A stretch of 64,000 nucleotides of DNA, from the NCBI RefSeq assembly GCF_049668085.1, contig NZ_JBATIY010000079.1:2846-66845 (forward strand), given 5' to 3'. The stretch is from Sulfurovum sp. GTDB taxonomy: Bacteria; Campylobacterota; Campylobacteria; Campylobacterales; Sulfurovaceae. Below, piece after piece: positions 29,190 to 40,073 of this stretch. The stretch's first letter is position 1. Every line of letters starts with the position of its first letter. Under the pieces are notes generated by a model. It was not told where the DNA came from, made no database searches, and saw only the letters and a list, made by a program, of their open reading frames with translations. The position numbers were made by a program, and so were the translations under genes.

Positions 29190-30713
29190 TTACTTTGCAT
29201 AATTGACAGCACGGGTTTCCCTGATCACATTCACTTTGATCTCCCCTGGATATTGCACTTTTTCCTGTATGTCTTTTGCAATTTCCTTACTTAAAAGTAC
29301 TGCTTCATTATCACCCATCTTATTCGCATTTACAAAAACACGTATCTCCCGACCTGCATTAATAGCATAAGCTTGATTCACATATTCTTTACTCAATGCT
29401 ATATCTTCTACTTCTTTCACACGTTTCGTGAAGCTTTCAAGTACTTCTCTTCTAGCCCCTGGTCTAGCCGCAGATAGTTTATCTGCAGCACATACCGCAG
29501 CACTCTCTACAGAGTCTGGTTCCTCATGGCCATGATGGGCATAGATAGCATTGATCACAGAAGGATGTTCTCCATGCCTACGACAAAGATCTGCACCGAT
29601 ATCTACGTGCGAACCACCCAGGTCCTGTGTCAATGCTTTTCCAATATCATGCAATAGACCTGCGCGAAGGGCGAGTTTTTCATCTCCACCCATTTCTGCT
29701 GCCATCACACGTGCCAATTTCGCTACCTCGAGGGTATGCGCCAGTGCATTTTGTCCATAACTGGCTCTGTATTTCATACGACCTAAAAGCCTTACAAGCT
29801 CTTCATGCATAGGGAAAAGACCTAGTTCTATCAAAATATTTTCACCCTCTTCAAAGGTTTTTTGTTCAAACTCTTCTTCTACTTTAGCATGTACTTCTTC
29901 TATACGGCCAGGATGTATACGTCCATCTTCTACCAGTATCTCTATGACCCTGGTTGCAATAGCCCTTCGATAAAGATTAAAACTGCTCACAAGGATCACA
30001 CCTGGTGTTTCATCGATCACGATGTCCACACCTAAGAGCATTTCAAGGGTCTTGATATTTCTACCCTCTTTACCGATGATACGCCCTTTATGCTCATCAC
30101 TGGGTAAGTTCACAAGATTGATAAGACGTTCACCTGCAAATTCACCGGCATATCGTGTTGTTGCCTGTGCCAAAATATAATTGGCTTTTCTTTCACCATC
30201 ATCTTTTGCCATCTGCTCATACTTACGCACGATACCTGCAACATCTGCACGGCTCTGCTCTTCTACTTTTTCTAAGATATATGCTTTTGCTTCTTCTTTT
30301 GTTAAAGAAGCAATATTTTGCATTTTATCTACAGTATTGGCGATCTCTTCTTGCTTTTTATTCTCAAGATTCTCTAAGTGTAGTTCTTTATCTAATACTC
30401 TTTGTTCCAAAAGTTTGAATGCATCTTCTTTTAAAGTCAATTCTTTCGTTTGCAGGATCAATACACGGTTGCGTTCATCCACCTTGAGCACACGCTTTTG
30501 AAATTCACGCTCTTGTTCCAACTCTTTCTCTTTGATCTTTACATGCGTAGATTTAAGTAAAAGTTCTGTCTCTTTCTCTATTGCTTTGGCTTTGGCTTTG
30601 GCTTCCATCTCTATATATGAAAATCTATTTTTTGCCATATTTTTGGTCCACAGGTAACATATACCTGCACCTGTAGCTACACCGGCCACACCGGGTACGA
30701 TGATCTCTAACAT
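29190..30713 (-). CDS. rny: ribonuclease Y
   Basis: N-terminal TM helix, coiled coil, KH domain (GKEGRNIKTLE) and HD domain (LLHDIGK). Confidence 0.95.
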   Translation of the reverse strand: MLEIIVPGVAGVATGAGICYLWTKNMAKNRFSYIEMEAKAKAKAIEKETELLLKSTHVKIKEKELEQEREFQKRVLKVDERNRVLILQTKELTLKEDAFKLLEQRVLDKELHLENLENKKQEEIANTVDKMQNIASLTKEEAKAYILEKVEEQSRADVAGIVRKYEQMAKDDGERKANYILAQATTRYAGEFAGERLINLVNLPSDEHKGRIIGKEGRNIKTLEMLLGVDIVIDETPGVILVSSFNLYRRAIATRVIEILVEDGRIHPGRIEEVHAKVEEEFEQKTFEEGENILIELGLFPMHEELVRLLGRMKYRASYGQNALAHTLEVAKLARVMAAEMGGDEKLALRAGLLHDIGKALTQDLGGSHVDIGADLCRRHGEHPSVINAIYAHHGHEEPDSVESAAVCAADKLSAARPGARREVLESFTKRVKEVEDIALSKEYVNQAYAINAGREIRVFVNANKMGDNEAVLLSKEIAKDIQEKVQYPGEIKVNVIRETRAVNYAK

Positions 30714-30724
30714 TTTGTATCCTT

Positions 30725-31288
30725 TTAGGATGTAACGATCATGTCTGCTTCTACATCGTGATCGTCTGTTACGATCTCTTTGCTATAACATAATTCACGC
30801 GCTACAAAAACTGTTTGTTTTATATATTTACTCTGTTTTTCAAAAAATCTATCATACATACCTTTACCAAATCCAACACGTCTATGTGTTGCATCTACTC
30901 CTACAATAGGTACGATAGCTAAATCTATATGTTTTATTCTATATTGTTTTGAATCATTGGGTTCTTGTATCCCAAACTTTTTTTTCTTCAGTGGAAGTCT
31001 ATATTTTACCAACCTAAAACTTGTACCTTCCATAAACGGCACATAGAGCACTCTTTTTTCTTTGCGCAAACGTTTTATGAGTGGAAATAAATTCACTTCC
31101 ATTTTTAAAGGTATATAAAGCATCACATTTTTAGCATTGCTTTGGTCAATATATCGATATAAAACTTCTAATATCTTCTTGTCTTTTTGATAACTGCCGA
31201 ATCCTGAAGCTTGTTTTAATCGTTTCAGACTTTCACATCTAAATTGCTTTTTTTTACCCTCTTTTGTCATATCGATCCGTTCACTCAT
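30725..31288 (-). CDS. 5-formyltetrahydrofolate cyclo-ligase
   Basis: C-terminal motif VGVDATHRRVGFGKGMYDRFF. Confidence 0.8.
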   Translation of the reverse strand: MSERIDMTKEGKKKQFRCESLKRLKQASGFGSYQKDKKILEVLYRYIDQSNAKNVMLYIPLKMEVNLFPLIKRLRKEKRVLYVPFMEGTSFRLVKYRLPLKKKKFGIQEPNDSKQYRIKHIDLAIVPIVGVDATHRRVGFGKGMYDRFFEKQSKYIKQTVFVARELCYSKEIVTDDHDVEADMIVTS

Positions 31289-31347
31289 CTTGTTATTTAT
31301 TGCTCTTTGGCTATAATCGCCATACTAATTATACCAAAAGGGTCTGT

Positions 31348-32088
31348 GTGCATAAAAAAGGTGCTCTGCTTTTACTCATATCACTTATTATTGTCGTCAT
31401 TATTTCAATAGTATGGGAAGATGAAAAACCCGATGCTACCCCTATTCCCATAGAGAATACGACTGAAGTTATTCCACAAACGGATACTATCGTTCAAGAA
31501 GAAAAAAGATTTAAACTAGAAAAAAAACAAGAGGAACCATCTCTTCATCTCCCAAAAGAAGAGACATCTCTAGAAAAAATATCTACGGGAGAGACAAATA
31601 TATCTGTATCAAAAAAAGAAACAAATAAATATACGTTTGTCAACACCAAAAATGAAAGTCTCCAAGTCACTCTTTCTGATCAAAAGATAACTTTACTTCA
31701 AAAGGAGAAGCCTATTATTATGGTGAACCTTTTTGCAACATGGTGTCCACCTTGTATAGGACAGATCGCTTATTTAAATGATCTTCAAAAAAAGCATCAA
31801 AAAGAACTTTTTATTACAGGTATCCTTACCCATGACAACATCGACAAACCTGCTCTGGAGACATTCATGGCTAAACAGCAGATAAACTATTTTATATCCC
31901 ATACTATGGATAACGATGCCTTTGCAAACCTCCTGGCCAATGAACTCCAGTTAGATGAAAATTTTTCCATCCCACTTACTGTAATGTATGTTGATGGTGA
32001 ATATTTCACACATTATGAAGGTACAGTACCCGTAGAAATGATAGAATACGATATACAACAAGCCAAAAAACAATTAAAGTCAAGGTAA
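31348..32088 (+). CDS. TlpA/ResA-like membrane-anchored thiol:disulfide oxidoreductase
   Basis: WCPPC active site (NLFATWCPPCIGQ) and an N-terminal anchor. GTG 31348 is the likely start; the track ORF start 31264 overlaps the divergent gene. Confidence 0.75.
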   Translation: MHKKGALLLLISLIIVVIISIVWEDEKPDATPIPIENTTEVIPQTDTIVQEEKRFKLEKKQEEPSLHLPKEETSLEKISTGETNISVSKKETNKYTFVNTKNESLQVTLSDQKITLLQKEKPIIMVNLFATWCPPCIGQIAYLNDLQKKHQKELFITGILTHDNIDKPALETFMAKQQINYFISHTMDNDAFANLLANELQLDENFSIPLTVMYVDGEYFTHYEGTVPVEMIEYDIQQAKKQLKSR

Positions 32089-32094
32089 TAGATC

Positions 32095-32961
32095 ATGTTC
32101 AATATATTTAAAAAAGTTTTAGGTAAGACCACTGAAGCCATCAAAGATGTTGCACCAACGAAACGAAAAGATATCCCCAAAGATGAATTTGAAGATATCT
32201 TGCTTGAGGCAGATGTACAGTATGAACTTGTAGAAAGACTTTTAGAGCCACTGCCTAATAAGGTCAATAGAATACAAGCATTCAACTCTCTAATCTCTAT
32301 CTTTCAATATGAGTCTGATCTTAAAGAGAGTGATGCAACCCCTTTCGTTGAGATGATCATAGGTGTCAATGGTGCAGGAAAGACCACCACTATTTCAAAG
32401 TTGGCGTATAAATATCAACAAGAGGGCAAGAAAGTAATCCTGGGTGCAGGAGATACTTTCCGTGCCGCTGCGATAGAACAACTTACAAGATGGGCGACAA
32501 AACTGGATATTCCTATCATTGCTACACAGCAAGGACATGATCCCTCGGCTGTAGTCTACGATACCATTGAGTCTGCTAAAGCCAAAGGTATTGATAATGT
32601 CATTATAGACACAGCGGGGAGACTGCATACGCAAACAAACTTGAGTGAAGAGTTAAAAAAGATGATCCGTATTGCAGGAAAAGCACTTGATGGTGCCCCT
32701 CACCGTAAAATGCTTGTACTTGATGGTACACAAGGAAGCTCTTCTATCAATCAGGCAAAAGCTTTTAATGAAATGATTGGAATTGATGGTATAATTATTA
32801 CCAAGCTTGATGGTACAGCCAAAGGTGGTTCTGTTCTCAGTATTGCCGATGAGTTAAAAATGCCAATTTTTTATATAGGTACAGGTGAACAGCCTGAAGA
32901 CCTTATCAAGTTTAAGGCAAACGAATATATTAATAGTATTTTAGACGAAATTTTTATTTAG
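32095..32961 (+). CDS. ftsY: signal recognition particle receptor FtsY
   Basis: SRP-GTPase motifs GVNGAGKTTT, DTAGR and TKLDG. Confidence 0.93.
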   Translation: MFNIFKKVLGKTTEAIKDVAPTKRKDIPKDEFEDILLEADVQYELVERLLEPLPNKVNRIQAFNSLISIFQYESDLKESDATPFVEMIIGVNGAGKTTTISKLAYKYQQEGKKVILGAGDTFRAAAIEQLTRWATKLDIPIIATQQGHDPSAVVYDTIESAKAKGIDNVIIDTAGRLHTQTNLSEELKKMIRIAGKALDGAPHRKMLVLDGTQGSSSINQAKAFNEMIGIDGIIITKLDGTAKGGSVLSIADELKMPIFYIGTGEQPEDLIKFKANEYINSILDEIFI

Positions 32962-32976
32962 AAAGGATTACGATTC

Positions 32977-33534
32977 ATGAGAGCCTATATGCATATATTT
33001 TTTAACTTACTTATGCCAATAAGTCTTATTGTGACTCTGGGCTCTGTTGTTTATTTCAGTTTAAATTATGATTTTTCGAAAGCACTGAAGCTCGGTATTC
33101 TTTCCGGAGTCTTGATAGGTTTTATTCTTTCTTTTATAGGCTCTTTAATTCTTCTTGTGATGCGAGGAAGAAAACCCCTCGGAAAAGAGCCCGATACAGT
33201 ACATGAAAATACTATTGTGAACAGTCAAACTGCTCCGTCAAATAGTAAAACACCTATTGAACAAACATTAATGTTATTGATGGATAAAAAACTTGCTTTT
33301 GATGTTGCACTCTTTGCTATCATAGATCAGAACCTTGGTGATATCAAAACAAAAGAGTCACAAGAAAAATGTACTATTACGCTTCGTACCCAAGATGAAA
33401 CGATTCAGATTATCACTACTTCTCTCACAAGACATACAGCACAAATCGTTTTAAAAGCAGCCCAAAACTCTGGAGAACTTCAGAAAGTTATCTCTTATAT
33501 AAAAGAGAAAGAACACTCATTTTTACAGTATTAA
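32977..33534 (+). CDS. hypothetical membrane protein (185 aa)
   Basis: Two N-terminal TM helices and a soluble C-terminal domain. No family recognised. Confidence 0.5.
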   Translation: MRAYMHIFFNLLMPISLIVTLGSVVYFSLNYDFSKALKLGILSGVLIGFILSFIGSLILLVMRGRKPLGKEPDTVHENTIVNSQTAPSNSKTPIEQTLMLLMDKKLAFDVALFAIIDQNLGDIKTKESQEKCTITLRTQDETIQIITTSLTRHTAQIVLKAAQNSGELQKVISYIKEKEHSFLQY

Positions 33535-34215
33535 TTAAATAGAGAACATTTGACGATAGAGTATTTCTAGACTTGTTTTCTCTTTATAATCTATCAAATC
33601 ACCCAGCACAATGGTCACTTCCTGTTCCAATTTACTATCATTTAAAGCTGCATTCAACACTTCATTAGCATTCGTTTTTATATAAAAAGGCAAGATAGGT
33701 AATCTATTTTTTAAAGCAATAAGACGTGAGCCCTCTTTAAATGTTGAGAGAGGCTTCCCTGTCTTATTCCTTGTACCTTCGGGAAAGATAAAAATAGATT
33801 CACCACGTTTTACTGCCTCTTTTGTCTCAGCAAAAAAACCACTCATTTGGCTTTTTTCTCTATCTAGAAGTATGGAACCTCCATTACGAACAAAAAGTCC
33901 AAAGAAAAATGAATTATAAAGCTCTTTTTTTGAGATCCATGGACCATATAAGTTTGTATCTTTAAGTGATACCTCGACAATAGGCGGATCAATGATACTT
34001 CTATGGTTGATCACGATAAGATATTGCCCATCTTTAGGTAACTTCTCAGGATTTTCAACTTTAACACTTATATTGAGTGATGATAATTGCTTTTCAGAAT
34101 AAGCTAAACGCAACTTTTTCTTTTCCATTGGGGTTTTCACTTTTCTTAACTTCAATCCGAAACTATTGGTTAAATAAAGTGCATGAAAAAGCTGTTTAAT
34201 ATGATTGAATTTCAA
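33535..34215 (-). CDS. plsC: 1-acyl-sn-glycerol-3-phosphate acyltransferase
   Basis: Acyltransferase motifs NHRSIIDP and FPEGTR. Confidence 0.85.
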   Translation of the reverse strand: MKFNHIKQLFHALYLTNSFGLKLRKVKTPMEKKKLRLAYSEKQLSSLNISVKVENPEKLPKDGQYLIVINHRSIIDPPIVEVSLKDTNLYGPWISKKELYNSFFFGLFVRNGGSILLDREKSQMSGFFAETKEAVKRGESIFIFPEGTRNKTGKPLSTFKEGSRLIALKNRLPILPFYIKTNANEVLNAALNDSKLEQEVTIVLGDLIDYKEKTSLEILYRQMFSI

Positions 34216-34354
34216 TCGTTATCCTTCGTAAGTATAATAATAATATTATAACCAAAAGAATTAAAATCTAAAAAACATTACAATTTGACATATTTTTTTC
34301 CTCACCCTTAATTTAGATCTATAATACCTATCATATAAGTATTAAAGGTGAATC

Positions 34355-35707
34355 GTGGCTAAGAAAAAAACACTATTTGAATGTCAAGCATGTGGATTTC
34401 AATCTCCTAGATGGATGGGAAAATGTACTTCTTGTGATCAATGGGAAACCATGATCGAACTGAGTGCTGATCAAATTAAATTTTTGAAAGAAACATCAGG
34501 CAGTAGTGCTTCAGCTTCTGTATTGTCTAAAGCAAAACCTATTACACAGATAGAAGAAGACAATATCATCCGTTTTCCTTCAGGAAGCAGAGAGCTTGAC
34601 CTTGTACTGGGCGGAGGTATTGTACCAGGTTCCCTGACACTTATAGGAGGTAGCCCCGGTGTAGGTAAATCTACACTTTTACTAAAAATTGCAGGGAACC
34701 TTGCCAGAGCTGCAAAAAAAGTTCTGTATGTCTCAGGAGAAGAGTCTGCCGGACAGATAAAACTGCGTGCAAACAGACTTGATGCAAACCATGATAACCT
34801 CTATTTACTCCCGGAGATAAATCTTGGTTCTGTTCTTTCAGAGATAAACAATGAAAATTATGAACTGATAGTCATCGACTCCATACAAACACTCTATACT
34901 GATGAAACCCCCTCTGCACCTGGATCAGTCACACAGGTACGTACGATCACTTTTGAGCTTATGCGTATAGCAAAATCTTTGCATATACCTATCTTTATCA
35001 TTGGGCACATCACAAAAGATGGTTCTATCGCCGGTCCGAGAGTCCTTGAACACATGGTAGATACGGTTTTATATTTCGAAGGTGACACAAACTCTGACTT
35101 GCGCCTGTTGCGTGGTTTTAAAAACCGTTTTGGTGCGACCAATGAAGTGGGCATATTTGAGATGAATAAAGAAGGTCTGAACGATGCAAAAAGTATGGCA
35201 GGAAAGTTTTTTAATAAAGATAAACTCCAATCAGGTTCAGCACTCACTGTCATTATGGAAGGTAGTCGGCCTATCATCGTAGAGGTACAGGCCTTGGTTT
35301 CAGAATCCTATGGTCATGCAAAAAGAAGTTCTACCGGTTTTGATAACAATCGTTTAGGGATGCTCTTAGCCCTACTGGAAAAGAAACTTGACCTGCCTCT
35401 TGGTACTTATGATGTGTTTATCAACGTTTCAGGGGGGATCAAGATTCACGAACCTTCTGCAGATCTTGCCATCATCGCAGCGATACTAAGTAGCTACAGA
35501 GACAGAGAACTAAGCGCAGAAACACTTTTTCTAGGCGAAGTAAGTCTTACTGGTGAAATACGAGAGGTCTTAGGCCTCACTCAGCGTCTTAAAGAGATAG
35601 AGACGCAAGGCTTTACAAAAGCTGTTGTACCCAATAAGCCTCTTGAAAAAACGAACATTAAATGTTTTGTTGCCGATGAAGTCTCTAAAGTAGTTGAGTG
35701 GATGTAG
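34355..35707 (+). CDS. radA: DNA repair protein RadA/Sms
   Basis: GTG start. Zinc ribbon CQACG...CTSC, Walker A GGSPGVGKST, the KNRFG motif and a Lon-like C-terminal domain. Confidence 0.95.
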   Translation: MAKKKTLFECQACGFQSPRWMGKCTSCDQWETMIELSADQIKFLKETSGSSASASVLSKAKPITQIEEDNIIRFPSGSRELDLVLGGGIVPGSLTLIGGSPGVGKSTLLLKIAGNLARAAKKVLYVSGEESAGQIKLRANRLDANHDNLYLLPEINLGSVLSEINNENYELIVIDSIQTLYTDETPSAPGSVTQVRTITFELMRIAKSLHIPIFIIGHITKDGSIAGPRVLEHMVDTVLYFEGDTNSDLRLLRGFKNRFGATNEVGIFEMNKEGLNDAKSMAGKFFNKDKLQSGSALTVIMEGSRPIIVEVQALVSESYGHAKRSSTGFDNNRLGMLLALLEKKLDLPLGTYDVFINVSGGIKIHEPSADLAIIAAILSSYRDRELSAETLFLGEVSLTGEIREVLGLTQRLKEIETQGFTKAVVPNKPLEKTNIKCFVADEVSKVVEWM

Positions 35708-35723
35708 TAGCTATAATAGTGTT

Positions 35724-36074
35724 ATGAAAATAGGAACAGATATTGTACAGATCGATAGAATCGAAAAATCATTGGCACAATTTGGTGATAAATTTAAACA
35801 ACGTTTTTTACATCCAAAAGAGATAGAGCTTGTGCAAAAAACAGCATCCATTGCTGGATTTTGGGCAGCAAAGGAAGCAATCTCAAAGGCATTGGGTTGC
35901 GGGATCGGTAGTACATTATCTTTTCATGATATTATCATCACCAAGGACTCCCGTGGAGCACCGATATTTACATTAACGCCAAAAGCACAAGAACTACATA
36001 AAATCAAAACATCTTCACTCTCCATTAGCCACGATGGTGGTTTTGCCATTGCCGTTGCCGTCATTAACCAATAA
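35724..36074 (+). CDS. acpS: holo-[acyl-carrier-protein] synthase
   Basis: MKIGTDIVQI start and FWAAKEAISKA motif. Start moved to ATG 35724. Confidence 0.9.
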   Translation: MKIGTDIVQIDRIEKSLAQFGDKFKQRFLHPKEIELVQKTASIAGFWAAKEAISKALGCGIGSTLSFHDIIITKDSRGAPIFTLTPKAQELHKIKTSSLSISHDGGFAIAVAVINQ

Positions 36075-36167
36075 GTATTTCATTTATCTTGATATTTAAG
36101 GTCTATTTTATTGTAATTCTCAGAAGATTATATTACAATAGCCCTATAATATTGAACAGGAGTATAT

Positions 36168-36545
36168 ATGAAATATGCCATCATACCCATCACTCTCCTT
36201 TTACTCTTAGGAGGATGTGACCAACCTGAAGTTGAAAGTAAAGATACAAACAGTGCACCTGTAGCAAAACAAACATATCTCCCACCACCTCCTCCCAAGA
36301 AAGAGATCAAACTAAAAGATGTGAATGATACGAATTTTGATGCTGATTACATGTACCCTAAAGCGAGTAAGGAAAAAGTAAAAGTTGCCACAGCTGTAGA
36401 AGCATCTGAAGTCCCTACCGATACTATGGATAAAACAGAATGTATTGCGATGATCACACAAGAGAAGTTTGATAAGTATGCTGCAATGTTTGGGAGTGAA
36501 GCTGCCTCCATTAAACGATGTAAAATGATTAAGGCTGCAAGGTAA
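36168..36545 (+). CDS. hypothetical lipoprotein (125 aa)
   Basis: Lipobox LLLLGGC. GGAG RBS upstream. Confidence 0.6.
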   Translation: MKYAIIPITLLLLLGGCDQPEVESKDTNSAPVAKQTYLPPPPPKKEIKLKDVNDTNFDADYMYPKASKEKVKVATAVEASEVPTDTMDKTECIAMITQEKFDKYAAMFGSEAASIKRCKMIKAAR

Positions 36546-36552
36546 TTGTAGC

Positions 36553-37539
36553 CTACTTTCTAAAATGTATCAACTTAAACCTATCTCCCATCATAGTAGG
36601 AGAAATGAGTGTTTTCACCTTGTCAGCTTCACTTACATATCTTGACTGAGTCGTCTGCTTGGAAAAAAGTTCAAGAATATCAATGAGTCCAAAACGTATT
36701 AAAGCTCGTGCTTGTGTCTCATAGAACATTTCTTCAAAACCTGCTGCTACAAAAGCTTCACAGACATGTCCAAAATTTACATCATAGGTAATATCATCTT
36801 GTTTATAGGATTCAGATAAAGTAAGTGCTTCATCAAACAGAGGAAAGGTTTCATGTGATCTATAGACACGTATAGAGAAATCATTTCGCACATACTTCTC
36901 ACCATAATCAAAAGAGACAAAATCACATTTTTCTATACCACGTGCCATCTTTTCTGCAAGATCTTCATAGCCTACCGCTATCTCACCTTGTGTTAAATAG
37001 TGTTTTTTAGCCCATGACAACATCTCTACTGGTGCACCTACCCACTCTATCCTATGTTCATTTACTTCAGCGATCTTTTCATCTTTAAAAAGCTCACAAG
37101 GGAATGCATCAAAAATCTCATTAGCCACGACAAAAGCATAGGCTGTTTCAACTTCTGAAATGTCATTAAAATGTGTGATCTGTACATCATCTCCAAAACG
37201 CTCTTGTATATAAGCTAACTGTGCTTTTTGTACTTCAGGTTGACGTTCCACAATACCAAACTTTAGTGTACTCACTAGAGTAGGATCACATGTATAGAGC
37301 CACTGTATCATATCGCATATCAAGTATCCCTGGTGTGCACCTATCTCTATAAGCCAACCATTTCTATCTGCTTTCCCTTCTTTCAGAAGAGAATAGAAAT
37401 AATTGGCAATACTTGCACCAAAGAAACTACTCGTACTCACTGCCGTATAAAAATCCCCTGATTTTCCTATAGCCTTAAAATTTTTATAGTACCCATCTTC
37501 ACCGTACAGCCACTCATTCATGTAGCTGCTAAATTGCAT
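36553..37539 (-). CDS. MidA/NDUFAF7-like SAM-dependent methyltransferase (DUF185)
   Basis: GDFYTAVSTSSFFG and EIGAHQG motifs. 11-nt overlap with the upstream TolC-like gene. Confidence 0.7.
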   Translation of the reverse strand: MQFSSYMNEWLYGEDGYYKNFKAIGKSGDFYTAVSTSSFFGASIANYFYSLLKEGKADRNGWLIEIGAHQGYLICDMIQWLYTCDPTLVSTLKFGIVERQPEVQKAQLAYIQERFGDDVQITHFNDISEVETAYAFVVANEIFDAFPCELFKDEKIAEVNEHRIEWVGAPVEMLSWAKKHYLTQGEIAVGYEDLAEKMARGIEKCDFVSFDYGEKYVRNDFSIRVYRSHETFPLFDEALTLSESYKQDDITYDVNFGHVCEAFVAAGFEEMFYETQARALIRFGLIDILELFSKQTTQSRYVSEADKVKTLISPTMMGDRFKLIHFRK

Positions 37540-38755
37540 TCTCTACCCGTACATAAAGTTTCAATAACTGTATTTGTTTATCGATCTTGAATATCTTTTG
37601 GTCTAACTTTCTGATCTGCAGAGAGTTATTCATAATATCTGCATCGAAAGAGGTCTTTTCCCCTGCCTCAGCAAGATTCTTGGTTAGACGATAAAGGCTT
37701 TTATAAACTTTTTCATCTTTCTGTGCTAAGTTAATCTTTTTATCTAAGATACCTAAACTATTTTGTATCCAGTTATACTCTTCCACTACCGTATCTTTTC
37801 GATCAAGTACTTCTACAGCTGCTCTTAATTTTTCAACTTTACTGGCTTCAATATCAGAAAAAGAGTTAATGTCCAATGGCATTGAAATGCTAAACCCATA
37901 ATTATAGTACTGATCTTTCAAGCCCGAGGGTTGAAATAGTGGAGCATCGCCACCTAAACCTGTATATTGTCCTTGAAGAGAGACCGTAGGAAGATATTTG
38001 GCCCAGGTCACCTTTTGATTGTAGTCTGACTGTTCTGCACGTAGTCTGTCTCTTTTAAGCTCCAGGTTGTCTGAACTATAGTTTGTCTTGCTCATCAGTT
38101 TTAAGTTAGGAAGTCGCAGTGCGTTTGGATCTTTATCACTTAAAAGTGCAAATCGCTGTTTTAGCTCCATAAGTGTGAGCTCCAATTGAAGTAATGCCGT
38201 TTCATCCTGACTCTTCTTTAAAATAGCTTGATCCAAGAAACTACTGTCCAACAAACCTGATTCATAACTGTCACGTTTTTGGCGTATATCAATGATGTCG
38301 TTTTTGATCTGATATTTCAACTTTTCCTGTTCAAGTTTTGTCTTTTTCAAGTTAAAAAGTATAGAGATTGCATCACCTATCATCGTACGTTTCTGTAGTT
38401 TTAACTCTGCTATATTAGCATCACGGAATGCCTGAGAATATTTGATACCATAATAGATGCCACCAGATCTGAAGATAGGCTGATCTACAATGACAGAGTA
38501 TCTTCCAGTCTCTCTAGTAACATCCTGAATCTGAGTAGAGTAATCTCTACTATATTGTAAAATCACAGGATTCATCCAACTCTTAGAAAGTATATCACTC
38601 TCAAGTTCATTACTTTGGAACTGATAATCAAAGAGTAACTCTTTATTATCTGAAAGTATATCACCCAACTCATCTGCATATAAAGCAGATGATGCCAATA
38701 GACTACAAAGAAGAAATAGCTTTTTCAAAACGTTTAAACCCTTCATCAATTTCAT
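37529..38755 (-). CDS. TolC-family outer-membrane efflux protein
   Basis: Signal peptide (LFLLCSLLASSALYA) and two coiled-coil/beta repeats typical of the OEP family. Alternative starts are ATG 38746 or TTG 38728. Overlaps the argD 3' end. Confidence 0.8.
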   Translation of the reverse strand: MKLMKGLNVLKKLFLLCSLLASSALYADELGDILSDNKELLFDYQFQSNELESDILSKSWMNPVILQYSRDYSTQIQDVTRETGRYSVIVDQPIFRSGGIYYGIKYSQAFRDANIAELKLQKRTMIGDAISILFNLKKTKLEQEKLKYQIKNDIIDIRQKRDSYESGLLDSSFLDQAILKKSQDETALLQLELTLMELKQRFALLSDKDPNALRLPNLKLMSKTNYSSDNLELKRDRLRAEQSDYNQKVTWAKYLPTVSLQGQYTGLGGDAPLFQPSGLKDQYYNYGFSISMPLDINSFSDIEASKVEKLRAAVEVLDRKDTVVEEYNWIQNSLGILDKKINLAQKDEKVYKSLYRLTKNLAEAGEKTSFDADIMNNSLQIRKLDQKIFKIDKQIQLLKLYVRVENAI

Positions 38756-39887
38756 TTTTACTGATCGTAATACTAGGTAGAAAACGGACTGTATTACGTC
38801 CCGCTTTCAATACAACAACACCTTCATTCATACAATTTTTGATCACAGCAGCTTGAATATCCGCACTCTTGGCACGAAGTCCACGCATCAATCCAAGCCC
38901 TACTTCTTTTTCAAATAAACTTTCATATTTCACAACCAACTCTTGTAGTTTTTGGGAAAAATAAACCAAGGTTTCATCTATGGTTCCATTATCATATAAA
39001 GGATGCAACACATCTAAAACTGCTAGTCCTGCAGCAGTACTCAAATAATTACCGCCAAAAGTACTCCCATGATCACCTGCGACCAAAACATCTTTATGTT
39101 TTGTCATCACCGCACCAATGGGTACTCCACCGCCAAGTCCTTTGGCCAATGTGATAATATCCGGCTCGATCTCATACAAATTAGAAGCCAAAAATTCACC
39201 TGTACGGTACACACCCGTTTGTACCTCATCCACAATAAGCAAAATACCTTCAGATTTAAGATGTGCTGCCAATTTTTGTATCTCTTCTTTTTCAAAAGGC
39301 TGGACTCCACCCTCGCCTTGTACCAACTCTATGAGTACGGCTACAGTTTCATCATCTATGGCTTTATAGACATCAGCTATAGATTTTTCATAAGAAAATC
39401 CAGCCGGGTATGGTGAAAAGTTTGGCGTATGAAAACTCTCTTGCCCTGTGGCTTTCACAGTCGTGATTGTACGCCCATGGAATGAATGTTCCAGAGTAAT
39501 CACCTTATAGCGTTTCTTTTCAAACCTTGTCTCTCCATATTTGCGTGCTATTTTAATAGCACCTTCATTCGCTTCTGCACCAGAATTCGCAAAAAATACT
39601 CCCATATCATATCCACTCAGTTCAACCATTTTTTTTGCCAATTTTACCTGAGGTTCTATTACCTGTAAATTAGAGATATGGATCATGTTTTTTGCCTGTT
39701 CACAGATCGCTGCAACAAGCTTCTCATTTCCATGTCCTATAGAATTTACGGCTATACCTGATGCAAAGTCTATATAATCTTTTCCTTTATCATCATAAAG
39801 TGTAGAACCCACACCATTTACAAAATTCGTATAGTCACGCGCATAGGTCTGCAATACATAATGTTTATCTTGTTCTTCTAAATTCAT
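38703..39887 (-). CDS. argD: acetylornithine aminotransferase (class III aminotransferase)
   Basis: Motifs SGAEANEGAIK and DEVQTGVYRTG, with PLP-lysine context ITLAKGLGGG. Start moved to ATG 39887 (MNLEEQDKHY). Confidence 0.85.
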   Translation of the reverse strand: MNLEEQDKHYVLQTYARDYTNFVNGVGSTLYDDKGKDYIDFASGIAVNSIGHGNEKLVAAICEQAKNMIHISNLQVIEPQVKLAKKMVELSGYDMGVFFANSGAEANEGAIKIARKYGETRFEKKRYKVITLEHSFHGRTITTVKATGQESFHTPNFSPYPAGFSYEKSIADVYKAIDDETVAVLIELVQGEGGVQPFEKEEIQKLAAHLKSEGILLIVDEVQTGVYRTGEFLASNLYEIEPDIITLAKGLGGGVPIGAVMTKHKDVLVAGDHGSTFGGNYLSTAAGLAVLDVLHPLYDNGTIDETLVYFSQKLQELVVKYESLFEKEVGLGLMRGLRAKSADIQAAVIKNCMNEGVVVLKAGRNTVRFLPSITISKNEIDEGFKRFEKAISSL

Positions 39888-40073
39888 TTTTTGTCCATCT
39901 ATCTTAGTCTTTACAGTATTATAGCGAAGTGTTATTTTATGATGATAAAATCTAATTGTTACCGATATCATTTTGTTGCCAAATAGCTCAAATTTCTAAT
40001 TTAAGCTATTACATCAAGTATATAAATATTATATTTGTTATAATTACAACAATATAGTATTTTAGGAGACAAA